Part shown: positions 32,201 to 42,636 of the stretch, one piece after another
Position numbering within the stretch: the stretch's first letter is position 1
Layout of the letters: the number at the start of each line of letters is the position of its first letter
Origin: Bdellovibrionota bacterium
GTDB taxonomy: Bacteria; Bdellovibrionota_C; UBA2361; JAAYZI01
Direction: 5' to 3'
Assembly: GCA_050950765.1 (NCBI GenBank)
Contig: JBMNIF010000002.1
Span: forward strand, 768,001 to 832,000
Length of the DNA: 64,000 nucleotides
Program-made: the position numbers and the translations under genes
The notes under the pieces: generated by a model
Told to the model about the DNA's origin: nothing
What the model saw: the letters and a program-made list of their open reading frames with translations, nothing else
The model's database searches: none

Positions 32201-34827
32201 AAATGATCCAGAGGAGCATCTATCATGATAGGTTTGGCAGTACTTGTTACACCGTGAGAGTAAACGGTAATAAGAGCGGGACCGATAGGGATAGCTGGCG
32301 GAACCGTTAAAGTATAGTAAGTAGTATCACTCCATGGACTTGATGGATTTGGTGTTAAGAAAGTTCGATAATCTTTATGTAGTAAACTACGGACCTGTGC
32401 TAGAGGATAGTTGGTAGCAGAGGTATTGTTACCAGAGCCACTTGCTTCTGAACTTCCGATAAAATTTTCTCCGCTAAGATTTACCCTTAATCCGTTAAGA
32501 AGCGTAGAGGTAGTAATGATTGGTCGTTGAGAGTTGCTGGAAAGGTAATTTGCTTGGAAAAATTCAACACTGTTATTAGCTGCTATGGTAGTGAGGTTCC
32601 AGCCGCCTAATAAAACGATGCTATTATGTGGAGAAAAGTGTGCGGTGTGTGCACTCTTCGTAGCTGAAAGGCTTGGTCCTGCTGAAAAATCTTCTGCAAG
32701 TGGATCAAAGATTTCGGTGCTTTTAAGAGCAGCGCTATCGCTACTCTGTCCACCTATAACCACTACACGTCCATCAGGAAGGAGTGTAGCAGTGTGTCCA
32801 TCTCGTGCGTTTGTTAAAGTTTCTGTGACTGTTGTCCAAGAAGTTCCGTTATAAATTTCAGCAGAGTTAAGCCTGCCCGAGCTGTTTTTTCCACCGATCA
32901 ATAAAAGGGTATCGTTTAAAAGTGTAGTTGCTGAGTGATTGGTTCTAGCAACTTGTATGGCAGAAGATGTCCAAAGATCATCAGTTGGATTGTAATCTTC
33001 GGCATTCGATAGATATGTATCTGTTGTAGTATTGTAGCCACCTGCTACCAGCACATGACCGTTAGAAAGTAGCGTTGTAGTGTGACCGTAACGAGCGGTA
33101 TTTAAAGAACCACTTTCTTGCCAACTATCTGTGATGTAGTCATACAGTTGTGTGACATCAGATTCTATGGCAGCAGGAGTTATGGCGCTTTGTCCACCGA
33201 CAATTAAGACTTTGTTGGAATCTAGAAGGATAGCGGAGTGTTTGGTTCTTGCGGTACCGTTAACTGTTGATTCTAAGCCGCTACAACTCTCCCAAGTGTT
33301 GTTGTTGGGATTGTATATTTCAGCAGAGCTTAAAAGAGTACCGTTTAAATCGCTTTCACCACCAACAGCCAAGACCCTACCATCAGGCAAAAGGGTTAAG
33401 GTGTGATTTTGGCGTGGGCTTAACATATCTGCCACGGCTGTGGATTTTGTTAAGGCTGTATCATAAATTTCAGAAGAGGTAAGGACTGTGCCGGAAGCGT
33501 TCCTACCACCACTTAATAAGATCTTGCCGTTAGCAAGAAGTACAGAAGCGTGATTTAGTCGAGGTGCCTTTAGACGTTGCTCTGATGATGCGATATTCGT
33601 TTCATCACTTAAGTAACGTAGCCGCTCTGCAACAGCTAGGGGTGTACCGTTATCACCTCCAACCGTTAAAAGGGTACCATCAGGCAGAACGGTCAAAGTC
33701 AGATTGCTGCGCGCTTGGCTTAGAGTTGTATCCGCTAGCAACGTCCATCTGTTTTGAGACGGTGTATAAATTTCTGCGTTATCGAGGTAAGGAGCCGTTG
33801 CATTTTCTCCACCGAGTACGATTATCCTACCATTTGGTAAGAGTGTAGCAGCGTGATATTTACGGTCGTTGTTTACCTCTCCTGCTTCGCTCCAACTTCC
33901 TAAGCCGCTTGAGGGGGTGTAGATCTCACTCCATTGATAATTTCCGACAACAACGACTTTACCGTTAGGAAGTGTTGTGGCGGTGTGTCCTGATCTCGGA
34001 AGTTGAAGAGATGCTCCCGCAGACCAGCAATCGCTGATCGGATCGTAAATCTCTGTTGAATCAAGATCGTTCCCTTCTGAATCTTCTCCGCCGCAGACCA
34101 AGACCCTACCATCAGTAAGTAGTGTAGCAGTATGCTTCTCCCTACTGGTGGAGAGCTCTGCCGATTGCCCATCTTCCGGTAGTGGACAGGTCGTTCCTGA
34201 AAAACGTTTCTGATTCGGGTTGTAGATCTCAGTAGCTTGGCTATCCAGTCCGCCACAGATAAGAACAGTACCGTTTTTTAAGAGTGTCATGGTGTGGCTC
34301 GCTCTCGGGATCGCCATACTGTTATTTGTTGCAAGCCAAGAGCCTGTTCTAGGATTGTAGATCTCAGCACTACTTAAAGCTGAACCTGAATAGCCGAGAC
34401 CACCACTAATAAGAACATCACCCGTTTTTAGTAGTAATGCGGCGTGATTCTTTCTGGCAGTACTTATGGGAGCACCTGCTGTCCAACTATTTGTAGAGGG
34501 CGAGTATAATAGAGTTGTGTTAAGCACAGTTCCGAAATTATCAACTCCACCTACTACTAAAACTTCCCCTGAAGGGAGGAGGGTGGCACTATGAGCACTC
34601 CGTTCGCCGATAGCTCCAGTAGAAAACCATTTTGAGAGGTTGATCGTTTCAGCACTACATATCTGATTATTTGCAAAGATCGTAAGGAGTGTAAAAAGGA
34701 GACTTAAAAAGAGGTTATAAAGGTGAGGTCTAAATTTAAAGTCGATCTTTATTGTTGCGAAACTAAGATATCTCTCTGCTATTTTGCAGCGATCGACTGA
34801 TTTTGAATATCTTCTTAATAGAAACAT
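29266..34827 (-). CDS. secreted Kelch-repeat (double propeller) protein with tandem Ig-like repeats and a basic helical C-terminal domain
   Basis: About 14 R..HTATLL.DGRVLVxGG....AEIY.P....W repeats; about 7 AG..F.I.ITA.D...N....FNGT..I repeats; Lys/Arg-rich C-terminus with paired Cys. Confidence 0.85.
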   Translation of the reverse strand: MFLLRRYSKSVDRCKIAERYLSFATIKIDFKFRPHLYNLFLSLLFTLLTIFANNQICSAETINLSKWFSTGAIGERSAHSATLLPSGEVLVVGGVDNFGTVLNTTLLYSPSTNSWTAGAPISTARKNHAALLLKTGDVLISGGLGYSGSALSSAEIYNPRTGSWLATNNSMAIPRASHTMTLLKNGTVLICGGLDSQATEIYNPNQKRFSGTTCPLPEDGQSAELSTSREKHTATLLTDGRVLVCGGEDSEGNDLDSTEIYDPISDCWSAGASLQLPRSGHTATTLPNGKVVVVGNYQWSEIYTPSSGLGSWSEAGEVNNDRKYHAATLLPNGRIIVLGGENATAPYLDNAEIYTPSQNRWTLLADTTLSQARSNLTLTVLPDGTLLTVGGDNGTPLAVAERLRYLSDETNIASSEQRLKAPRLNHASVLLANGKILLSGGRNASGTVLTSSEIYDTALTKSTAVADMLSPRQNHTLTLLPDGRVLAVGGESDLNGTLLSSAEIYNPNNNTWESCSGLESTVNGTARTKHSAILLDSNKVLIVGGQSAITPAAIESDVTQLYDYITDSWQESGSLNTARYGHTTTLLSNGHVLVAGGYNTTTDTYLSNAEDYNPTDDLWTSSAIQVARTNHSATTLLNDTLLLIGGKNSSGRLNSAEIYNGTSWTTVTETLTNARDGHTATLLPDGRVVVIGGQSSDSAALKSTEIFDPLAEDFSAGPSLSATKSAHTAHFSPHNSIVLLGGWNLTTIAANNSVEFFQANYLSSNSQRPIITTSTLLNGLRVNLSGENFIGSSEASGSGNNTSATNYPLAQVRSLLHKDYRTFLTPNPSSPWSDTTYYTLTVPPAIPIGPALITVYSHGVTSTAKPIMIDAPLDHFSIRTAISGTAIGAQEAGVPFYIQITAENEENETLTTFSEKVTISSNCALSEDTENEVALAAGTLASTKITLTSAAEDCTITVRSGTTESESNAFEVSHTNLEKFLIETAGTGGNITEKSTDNVFSIQVTALDKYDNRVTTFNGTVNIGSNKTLREGEGVSNAFVNGFLARHDIAFSSVGDTHISATGKESAESAEKTSNSNTFNVTHGNINNLLVEAHGGGDVAAQIAGVDFGITITARDSYNNTATSFTGTVNLSSNIGSLAGGGGITPNFTAGVLTNHKLNIETALDGYIISATEALSGSSGTTNQFNVTHAPLYRFLIEKKHGGNISDHYAGEVFPIQITALDEFENIVKSFNGTTTISSTGNLLSGAGATANFVNGFLAEHNVSLSLAGISVIIATDEVTGRNGRSNDITIIHTALHHFRIEGEVTGNILEQTAGVPFRIKIRALDIFNNTVRSFNGTTEISISEGAIQEGGGTTPPLTNGELLHTIKLTKAGTFSLLAKNSVGEEVGPSNNFDVVHTTLDHFTLVHAAGGEIGLQTAGTPFNVKITAYDVYNNLANRFNGTVNITSDISEVVSGKVSAPFTNGVLSSHAVTLTLAGQHILTARYSNGTQSGVSNQFRVQAATVGYFRIENIVGGFIPTQLIKKDFAIKITAFDRYNNLVDHFQESVEVSVSGATARRGTGTTQPFLNGILSEHIIRLRNSGVVTITAQHVTSGASGVSNNFAVINEVAQPDRGRKVTFNVKITEDRVGIPNALVCGGELGCRNTDSTGTVIFKNSIKNWNYIFRMQKYTYNMEKPKVTLTAEISENFFTFKGEKTRDSALNNCTNLRDMTAERIILGNSLADLYSSSRRVLGILLRRGKHKTTFKRQIGNQRLKAYLTFQDAYDESFQLPILETTVCNPNKCSEKYLRNLKREFRKNSERLRRLTTAGINLGKKHGVSLNVKGQKEVRALRKKLRSVKQVLTRFSDVIEVCE

Positions 34828-35020
34828 TACACTACCTTAAAAATGGCAACTTACTGATTTTTTAGAGTCCTTTCCCCTTTTTTTAGGGGGAATACAGGAC
34901 ATACTGTTTAAGATGCGGCTTTTGACTTTTAGGATTCGAAAGCAGCGCAGATAAGGTAGGATGATAGATTTTGCATAGAGGATCTGAGACCTTAGTCTTA
35001 ATGTAAAAAGACACTAGCGT

Positions 35021-35033
35021 AATCAAGGTCTTA
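35021..35033 (+). promoter_or_regulatory. IHF consensus site
   Basis: AATCAA-GGTC-TTA in the divergent Kelch/pilD intergenic region. Confidence 0.35.
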
Positions 35034-35094
35034 GCAATAACCTTACTATGCAAATTTTTGCATACCTTCTTTATTTTTTTGAATCAAAGGGATC

Positions 35095-36036
35095 ATGATC
35101 GATTTAGTGGATATATTTATTATTTTGTTCGGCTTGATTATCGGTAGTTTTTTAACTGTCTGTATCTATCGTATCCCGTACGGTAGAGAAAAGGGTCCAG
35201 GGAGTTTTTTAGATACTAGTGAAGAAGTAGAAGAGGGAAGTGAAGATCTCACACCACCTGATTCTGAAGAGATAAATCTCACTACTCCCAAACGCTCGTT
35301 CTGCCCGAACTGTAAAAATCAACTTAAGTGGTATCACAACATCCCCCTTTTTAGTTGGATCTTTTTACGTGGTAAGTGTGCTTATTGTCATGCGCGTATC
35401 CCTTTCAGGTATCCGTTAGTTGAGATCTTGTCGGCGCTATTCTGTTATCTCTCCTTTCAGATGATGCCGGACTTACAAACTGCACTTCTGATCTATACGT
35501 TGTGTTGTGCCTTAATTGTGATTAGTTTTATCGATATCGATTACTATATTATTCCGAATGTAATTAGCATTCCAGGGATCTGGCTTGCGATAATAATTGT
35601 CTCTGCTAACTATTTTTTCGTAAGAGCACATTTTATTAAGACTCCCTTTTTTGCTGCTCCTGTGGCGGCCACTTTGCAAGAAGGGTTTTATGGATTCTTA
35701 GCAGGAGGTGGTTTGCTTTACGTTTTAGCAAAGACGTTTGTAATTTTACGAAAAAAAGAGGGGTTGGGTTTCGGTGATGTGAAGTTGATGTCACTGGTAG
35801 GGATTCTGCTCGGACCAGAAGGTGCTATCTATGCTATTATGGTTGGATCTATCTTCGGTTCTGTCTTCGGTATTGTGCAACTACTTTTTCAAGGAAAAAA
35901 ATTAGGATATCCGTTACCTTTCGGACCATACTTAGCACTCGGTACGGTTTTATACCTTTTTACAGATCCGGAAATTCCGATTAATATCTTACACTCTATT
36001 ACGGGAAGTATAGCAACCGCTATTTGGGGAAGTTAG
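35095..36036 (+). CDS. pilD: type IV prepilin peptidase
   Basis: GSFL.VCIYRIP, RSFCPNC...WYHNIP..SW..LRGKC..C, FIDID, GLGFGDVKL, PFGPYL. Confidence 0.93.
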   Translation: MIDLVDIFIILFGLIIGSFLTVCIYRIPYGREKGPGSFLDTSEEVEEGSEDLTPPDSEEINLTTPKRSFCPNCKNQLKWYHNIPLFSWIFLRGKCAYCHARIPFRYPLVEILSALFCYLSFQMMPDLQTALLIYTLCCALIVISFIDIDYYIIPNVISIPGIWLAIIIVSANYFFVRAHFIKTPFFAAPVAATLQEGFYGFLAGGGLLYVLAKTFVILRKKEGLGFGDVKLMSLVGILLGPEGAIYAIMVGSIFGSVFGIVQLLFQGKKLGYPLPFGPYLALGTVLYLFTDPEIPINILHSITGSIATAIWGS

Positions 36037-36041
36037 TGAAG

Positions 36042-37439
36042 ATGGCGGAAGAACCTTTATATAGTGAAAATGGTTGCTCTGTTTTGTTGGTAGGTAGTGA
36101 TCGAGAGCTACTAGAAAATACAGCAGCTGCTTTAGATGCTTGCGGGTATCGTGCCAAGTGTTACTTTGATGGTCTTGAAGCGTTAACAGTATTAGAAAAC
36201 GAAAGGTACGACTTTATAGTTTGTGATGAAGAGTTGCCACGCATAGATGTAGAAGCTTTTATCAGATCGTGTAAGAAGAGCTCTCCTGAAACTTTTTTAA
36301 TTGTTTTAACTGCCAACGGTGATGAAGAGTGGATCTTGTCTGGTATCTTGGGAGGGGTATATGAGTACCTTTCTAAACCACCTTCATTTGATGAATTGTT
36401 ACTATTACTGCGTAAGATAGAATCACGTGAATTCGCTACGGGAGTGACAGTAGGTGATGTTCGTGATTTCGGTGTTTCAGGGATCGTAGCAAAAAGCCCT
36501 GCTATGTTGCAGATCTTTGAAACGGTGCGTAGGCTAGCAAACTTCAACACTACTGTTTTAATTCGTGGCGAATCAGGAACGGGAAAGGAGCTTTTAGCAC
36601 GTGCCATACACGATAACTCTGCACGTAGGAGTAAACCTTTTGTAGCGATAAATTGCGGAGCCATTCCTGAGAACTTGATAGAGTCTGAACTGTTTGGGCA
36701 TATACGTGGAGCTTTTACAGATGCAACTCGTGATAAGGTAGGACTCTTTGAAGAGGCAAATGGAGGTACTGTCTTTCTTGATGAAATAGGAGAGATGCCG
36801 TTACAGTTGCAGGTAAAAATTTTAAGGGTTTTGCAAGAACATCAGATTCAAGCTGTGGGTGATACGCGGGTGCGTTCGATTGATGTGCGCGTTATTGCAG
36901 CAACGTTACGTAATCTAGAAGATGATGTGGCAGTAGGGCGTTTTAGGGAAGACCTCTTTTATCGTTTGAATGTTGTCTCACTTGAGATCCCGCCCTTACG
37001 AAAGCGTGTGGAGGATATCGAAGTTTTAGCTAGACACTTTATAAAAAAACATAATCGTAGGCTTGGTCTCAATATTCGTAGGATTAAACAAGATGCTTTA
37101 GAAGCTTTAAAAAGTTATTACTGGCGGGGCAATGTTCGAGAGTTGGAGAACTGTATTGAGCACGCTATGGTACTTAGTGAAAGTGGAGAGATAGATCTGG
37201 AGTCGTTACCAGATACCGTTAAAAATACCGAATCAAAAGGCAATTCATTCTTTAAGTTTTTAGCTTCCGGTAATTTGAGTATAAAACAGTGTAGTCGCGA
37301 ACTGGAAAAACAACTAATCATCAGTGCTCTCAAAAAAACAAAGGGAAATCGCACGCACGCTGCTAAAGTTCTGGAGATTAGTCATAGAGCTTTACTCTAT
37401 AAATTAAAAGAATACGGGCTTGAAAAAATCGGAAAATAA
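36042..37439 (+). CDS. sigma54-dependent response regulator (NtrC/AtoC/PilR family)
   Basis: Receiver domain, GESGTGKE, ESELFGH, GAFTDA, FLDEIGEM, WRGNVRELEN, Fis-type HTH. Confidence 0.92.
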   Translation: MAEEPLYSENGCSVLLVGSDRELLENTAAALDACGYRAKCYFDGLEALTVLENERYDFIVCDEELPRIDVEAFIRSCKKSSPETFLIVLTANGDEEWILSGILGGVYEYLSKPPSFDELLLLLRKIESREFATGVTVGDVRDFGVSGIVAKSPAMLQIFETVRRLANFNTTVLIRGESGTGKELLARAIHDNSARRSKPFVAINCGAIPENLIESELFGHIRGAFTDATRDKVGLFEEANGGTVFLDEIGEMPLQLQVKILRVLQEHQIQAVGDTRVRSIDVRVIAATLRNLEDDVAVGRFREDLFYRLNVVSLEIPPLRKRVEDIEVLARHFIKKHNRRLGLNIRRIKQDALEALKSYYWRGNVRELENCIEHAMVLSESGEIDLESLPDTVKNTESKGNSFFKFLASGNLSIKQCSRELEKQLIISALKKTKGNRTHAAKVLEISHRALLYKLKEYGLEKIGK

Positions 37440-37557
37440 CCCTTTTTACACTACTTGATTCCAAAATGGGGTCGGGTTAAAGTATCAGATTGAATCATAA
37501 AACTTACTCTAATTATTTGATATTTCTTGATAGTTTTTACCTTTTGTATGGTTGGTT

Positions 37558-40071
37558 ATGGAATCAGATCTCACTGTTTCAGTTGATATCGAACGTGAAA
37601 TGAAGCAGTCCTATATGGACTATGCCATGAGTGTGATTATCGGCAGAGCACTGCCAGATGTCAGAGATGGCATGAAGCCCGTACAGAGACGTGTCCTATT
37701 TGCAATGATGGGCGAAGGTCTTCTTTCAACGAAAAAAACATCAAAGTGCGCTGGTGTTGTGGGAGAGGTCTTGAAGAGGCTGCATCCGCACGGAGACTCC
37801 TCTGTTTATGATGCTCTTGTTCGCTTAGCACAGCCGTGGGCGATGCGTTATCCGTTAGTTGATGGGCAGGGTAATTTTGGTTCCATAGATGGAGATCCTG
37901 CAGCAGCTTACCGTTATACTGAATGTAGGATGACAGCACCTGCTGAGATGCTCTTAGAAGATTTAGATAAAGATGCTGTCGACTTCATGCCGAACTTTGA
38001 TGATACCTCACTTGAGCCAGTAGTGTTACCTGCGGCGTGGCCCAATCTTTTAGTTAATGGTACTGATGGTATCGCTGTCGGTATGGCGACTCATATTCCA
38101 CCGCATAACCTCAGTGAAGTTATTGAGGGTGCTATCGCACTAATAAAAGATCATAACATCACGGTTGACGACCTGATGCAGTACATCCCTGGACCAGACT
38201 TTCCAACAGGCGGCATCATCTACGGTCGTTCTGCTATCCGTAGGGCTTATGCGGAGGGGCGTGGCATCTTGAAAGTTTCTGCTAAGGCGCACGTTGAAAC
38301 ATTAAAAACAAAGACGCGTGAAGTTGAAGCGATAGTTGTTACTGAGATCCCTTTTCAGGTCAATAAAGCTAGATTGATTGAAAAGATAGCTTCCTTAGTG
38401 AATGACAAGACGATTGATGGGATCTCTCGTTTACGTGATGAGTCTGATAGGAAGGGTTTGCGTATTGTCATTGAGTTGAAGCGAGATGCTACTGCTAGCG
38501 TAGTGCTTAATCAGCTCTATAAATTAACACCGATGCAGACCAGCTTCGGAGTGATTAATTTAGCGATCGTGGCAGGTCGTCCGATGGTGCTCTCTCTAAA
38601 AGAGATCCTTGATAATTTTATCGGACACCGTAGAGATGTTGTTACAAGACGCACGCAGTTTTTACTTAAAAAAGCACAAGCTCGGATGCACATCTTAGAA
38701 GGGTTGTGTATCGTCTTATTACATATCGATGAAGCTATTCAGATTATTAAACAGTCAGAAACGGTTCAACTCGCTAGACAAGGTTTAATGTCTCGTTTTG
38801 ATCTTTCAGAAATACAAGCACAGGCGATCTTAGATCTCCGTTTACAGAAATTAACCGGACTTGAAAGGTTGGCGATTGAAAAAGAGCGTGATGATTTAGC
38901 TGTTGAAATCCAGCGCTTAAAGGATATCCTTTCTGATGCTTTAAAAGTTGATGGTGTCATTATTGATGAATTGCGTGCTTTGCAGGAGCGTTTCGGTGAT
39001 GCTAGACGTACAGAGATTCAAGAAGCTGAGACGGAAGATTATGAAGATGAAGATCTAATTGAAGTTGAAGATATGTGCGTTGTTGTTTCGCATAAAGGGT
39101 ACGCCAAGCGCACTCCTGTCACGGAGTTCCGTTCTCAAAGACGTGGTGGAAAAGGTGTAGCAGGAACTGCTGCAACGGATGATGATTTTACAGAGATGCT
39201 TTTTGTTGCTTCTACGCATGATGTGCTCTTAATCTTTACGACGGAAGGACGCTTATTGTGGTTGAAGGTATATCAAATTCCTGAAGCAGGACGCACCGCC
39301 AGAGGTCGAGCTCTGATCAATCTGTTAAACTTAAGAGAAAACGAAAAGGTTGCCGCCATTTTGCCGATCTCTGACTTTAATTCAGAAAGTCATGTTTTTA
39401 TGGCTACTAAGCAGGGATACGTTAAGAAGGTTAAACTCTCCGAGTTTAGCAGACCACGCAAGGGTGGCTTAATCGCTTGTGTACTAAATGATGGCGATCG
39501 CTTAATCGGTGTTGAGTTAACGGCAGCAGGTGATGATATTGTGTTAGCAACGAAGAACGGTATGTCGATTCGTTTCGAAGAGAGTGATGTTAGGGCGATG
39601 GGACGTGTTGCACGTGGAGTGCGTGGTATCCGTTTGGATGATGCGGATGAAGCGGTCGGCATGACGGTGGTGAGATCTGCTGAACATCTTGCTGCTATTG
39701 GAGAAGATCCTGCGGCTGAAAAAAGTTTATTAACTGTTTGTGAAAACGGATACGGTAAGAGAACTCTTTTCTCTGATTATAGGTGTCAGAAGCGTGCTGG
39801 AAAAGGTTTGATAGATATTCAAACAGGAGAGAGGAACGGACAGGTTGTCGGTGTTTGTGCTGTTGATGATAATAGTGGACTGATGCTTATCACCTCTGCT
39901 AGTAAGGTCATCCGTATTAGTGCTGAAGGGATCTCGGTGGTTGGACGCAATACGAAGGGAGTCAGACTTATTAACTTGGAAGAAGGCGAAAAAGTTTTGG
40001 CGATCGCTTTTATTGCAGATGATTCTTCTGATGAAAATGGTGATGAGGATGCAGAAGGGGAAGACGGGTAG
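37558..40071 (+). CDS. gyrA: DNA gyrase subunit A
   Basis: [34 protein letters not shown] catalytic Tyr, GyrA-box QRRGGKG, acidic tail. Confidence 0.97.
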   Translation: MESDLTVSVDIEREMKQSYMDYAMSVIIGRALPDVRDGMKPVQRRVLFAMMGEGLLSTKKTSKCAGVVGEVLKRLHPHGDSSVYDALVRLAQPWAMRYPLVDGQGNFGSIDGDPAAAYRYTECRMTAPAEMLLEDLDKDAVDFMPNFDDTSLEPVVLPAAWPNLLVNGTDGIAVGMATHIPPHNLSEVIEGAIALIKDHNITVDDLMQYIPGPDFPTGGIIYGRSAIRRAYAEGRGILKVSAKAHVETLKTKTREVEAIVVTEIPFQVNKARLIEKIASLVNDKTIDGISRLRDESDRKGLRIVIELKRDATASVVLNQLYKLTPMQTSFGVINLAIVAGRPMVLSLKEILDNFIGHRRDVVTRRTQFLLKKAQARMHILEGLCIVLLHIDEAIQIIKQSETVQLARQGLMSRFDLSEIQAQAILDLRLQKLTGLERLAIEKERDDLAVEIQRLKDILSDALKVDGVIIDELRALQERFGDARRTEIQEAETEDYEDEDLIEVEDMCVVVSHKGYAKRTPVTEFRSQRRGGKGVAGTAATDDDFTEMLFVASTHDVLLIFTTEGRLLWLKVYQIPEAGRTARGRALINLLNLRENEKVAAILPISDFNSESHVFMATKQGYVKKVKLSEFSRPRKGGLIACVLNDGDRLIGVELTAAGDDIVLATKNGMSIRFEESDVRAMGRVARGVRGIRLDDADEAVGMTVVRSAEHLAAIGEDPAAEKSLLTVCENGYGKRTLFSDYRCQKRAGKGLIDIQTGERNGQVVGVCAVDDNSGLMLITSASKVIRISAEGISVVGRNTKGVRLINLEEGEKVLAIAFIADDSSDENGDEDAEGEDG

Positions 40072-40073
40072 TC

Positions 40074-40235
40074 TTTTCCATCTCCGAGAGGAGGAGGGGC
40101 AACGGCTGATTTATGGCGTTACCTTATTCAGTATCGGGAGGGAGGAAAAAAGTTTTTTCCATTTTCGAGAGAAGGAGGGCGACGGCTGATTTGAGGCGTT
40201 ACCTTATTCAGTATTGGGAAGGGGAGGAAAAAAAC
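40074..40235 (+). repeat. two-copy 80-bp intergenic tandem repeat
   Basis: ACGGCTGATTT..GGCGTTACCTTATTCAGTAT.GGGA recurs with period 80 (GGCGTTACC at 40115 and 40195). Confidence 0.85.
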
Positions 40236-40277
40236 TTACTGTCTGTTTCCGAGACTTATTAGTGAAAGTGAAATCTT

Positions 40278-41261
40278 ATGCAGATAGGTGTATTAGGACT
40301 AGGAAATTGGGGAACGGCGCTAGCGCAACATCTGGCGGCAAAAGGTTATGATGTTATGGGCTGGAGTATTGAGCAGGAGGTTGTAAACTCGATCAATACA
40401 CAGCATCGCAATCAGAAGTACCTTAGTCATATTCGACTTTCAGAAAGGATAATAGCGACAACAGACCTTAACCGTGTGGCGGAAGCAGAGATTCATGTAT
40501 TAGTTCTACCCTCTGCTGCATTAGGTGAAGTCTTGCCGAAGATCGGAGATAAAGCAGGTCGACTTGTTATCAGTGCTATTAAGGGGCTAGATTCAAAAAC
40601 TTGCCGCACACCGTTACAGTGTGTAGTTGAACACCTCCCGCAGTCGCGGTGTGTTGTTATCTCTGGGCCAACTTTTGCTAAAGATATTGCTGCGCAGAAA
40701 CCGGCAGGGCTAGTAGCTGCTTCTGCTGATGAGGCTGCAGCTAAAGAGGCTACACTCTTATTTGCCAGTGATTGGATGAAGGTTTATGTCTGTTTAGATC
40801 CTTTAGGTGTTGAGCTAGGTGGAATTGTAAAAAATGTTATCGCCATCGCTGCTGGTGTTTCAGATGGTATGAATCTGGGAGATTCTGCACGAGCAGGTTT
40901 GATCACACGTGGTTTAGCAGAGATGATGCGTCTTGCTATCGCTATGAAAGCAGATCCACAAACTTTAGCTGGCTTATCTGGTCTTGGAGATCTAGTGCTG
41001 ACAGCAACGTGTGATAATAGCCGCAATAGAACGGTCGGATTGAGGCTAGGTAGAGGAGAAAAACTCCCTGATATTATAAGCTCTTTAGGTTCAGTTGCAG
41101 AGGGGGTACATACGGCACCACTTATTTTGAAACTCGCTGAAAAATACGGAGTGGAGATGCCGATCTCAGATCAAGTTAATCGTTTATTAAATGGCGAAAT
41201 TGATCCGCCGACGATGTTAAAGAATTTAATTACAAGACCGTTAAAGAAAGAGTTCTACTAA
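40278..41261 (+). CDS. gpsA: NAD(P)H-dependent glycerol-3-phosphate dehydrogenase
   Basis: GLGNWGTALA, SGPTFA, GVELGGIVKNVIAIAAG, GLGDLVLT..SRNR. Confidence 0.96.
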   Translation: MQIGVLGLGNWGTALAQHLAAKGYDVMGWSIEQEVVNSINTQHRNQKYLSHIRLSERIIATTDLNRVAEAEIHVLVLPSAALGEVLPKIGDKAGRLVISAIKGLDSKTCRTPLQCVVEHLPQSRCVVISGPTFAKDIAAQKPAGLVAASADEAAAKEATLLFASDWMKVYVCLDPLGVELGGIVKNVIAIAAGVSDGMNLGDSARAGLITRGLAEMMRLAIAMKADPQTLAGLSGLGDLVLTATCDNSRNRTVGLRLGRGEKLPDIISSLGSVAEGVHTAPLILKLAEKYGVEMPISDQVNRLLNGEIDPPTMLKNLITRPLKKEFY

Positions 41262-41271
41262 AGTTTTTAAA

Positions 41272-42636
41272 TTAAGTATCTGCTAAAGTTCTGCGCAGAG
41301 TCGCTCTATCAATTTTAAGTGCTTTAGCGGCTTGAACCTGATTGCCGTTACATTTTAAAAGCGCCTCTTCAATCAATTTAATTTTAAATTTACGAATCCT
41401 ACTGTGAAAACTTTGATCTGAATCTGCCGTGATAGCTAGATCTGTTTTTATGCAGATATCATCAAGGGTGATAGCGGAACGTGCCTCATACTGCGCGCGA
41501 TAGGCAGCGCCTTCAATAACGGCTTCTAATTCGCGAACATTTCCCGGCCAATTATAGGCGCTTAAACAATCGATGGCTTTGTCGGCGATACTAAAGACAT
41601 TTAAATGTTCTGTGTCGCGCATCTTTTGTAAAATAGTATCAACTAAGAGGGGGATATCGCTTTTCCGTTTTCTTAGTGGTGGTATCTCAATAATAAAATG
41701 TGCAATGCGGTGATAGAAGTCGCTACGCACCTTACCGTTAGTGATACATTTTTGAATATCTTGATTGGTAGCTGTGATAAGACGCAGGTCTATTTCATGA
41801 GTTTTATCACTGCCGATAGGGCGAAACTTTTTATCTTGTAGCACTCCCAGTAGTGCAATCTGTGTTTCAAGAGGAACTTCATCGACTTCATCAAGAAAAA
41901 ATGTTCCCTTTGAAGCTTCAACGAGAAGTCCCAGACGGTCTCTCCCAGCACCAGTAAAAGAGCCTGCTATATGTCCGAAGAGATCGCTGTGCACCATGTC
42001 GGCGCTACCAAAGTGTGGTTGAAAGCGAACGAAATTATACTCTTTGCGTTTACTTAGTTTGTGAATTGCTGCTGCACAAACCCCTTTCCCTGTTCCCGTT
42101 TCTCCGATTAGGAGGACAGGTTGTGAGGTGTGTGCGGCGTATTGCACGGCATCGATGACTTTTTGCATCTCTTTAGAAGTGCCTGTGATTAAATTGTGCG
42201 CTTCTTTATCGGATTGATTCTTTAACATGGTTTGGTAGAGCCGTTTTAGTTGTGCTTGAGTAATGGCATCTTTGATGAGAGCTTTTAAATGAGGAATTTC
42301 GGCAGGTTTTTCAAGAAAATTTGAAGCTCCTAATTGCAAAGCTTTTATACCGTGCTCAAATCCGCCGTGTCCTGTTAGGATAATAATACGGCAGGAGGAG
42401 TCCTCATTTAATAACTGTTTTAATAGAGAGAATCCGGACTCAACGCCGCGATCTTGATCAAGACAGAGATCGAGGATGATTGCTTCAGGGGTGTATTTTT
42501 TTGCGCTTTCAAGTGCAGCGGGAATTTGTGTTACGCCGTGAATCTTTGCTTCCACTCCTGCACTTTTTAAAGCACGGCTTAAGGTAAGTACCACATCTTG
42601 ATCGTCATCAATGATAAGAACGTTAGCGCTATTCAT
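41272..42636 (-). CDS. sigma54-dependent response regulator (NtrC family)
   Basis: IIDDD receiver, ILDL, GETGTGK, GSFTGA, FLDEV, WPGNVRELE, HTH. Confidence 0.9.
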   Translation of the reverse strand: MNSANVLIIDDDQDVVLTLSRALKSAGVEAKIHGVTQIPAALESAKKYTPEAIILDLCLDQDRGVESGFSLLKQLLNEDSSCRIIILTGHGGFEHGIKALQLGASNFLEKPAEIPHLKALIKDAITQAQLKRLYQTMLKNQSDKEAHNLITGTSKEMQKVIDAVQYAAHTSQPVLLIGETGTGKGVCAAAIHKLSKRKEYNFVRFQPHFGSADMVHSDLFGHIAGSFTGAGRDRLGLLVEASKGTFFLDEVDEVPLETQIALLGVLQDKKFRPIGSDKTHEIDLRLITATNQDIQKCITNGKVRSDFYHRIAHFIIEIPPLRKRKSDIPLLVDTILQKMRDTEHLNVFSIADKAIDCLSAYNWPGNVRELEAVIEGAAYRAQYEARSAITLDDICIKTDLAITADSDQSFHSRIRKFKIKLIEEALLKCNGNQVQAAKALKIDRATLRRTLADT

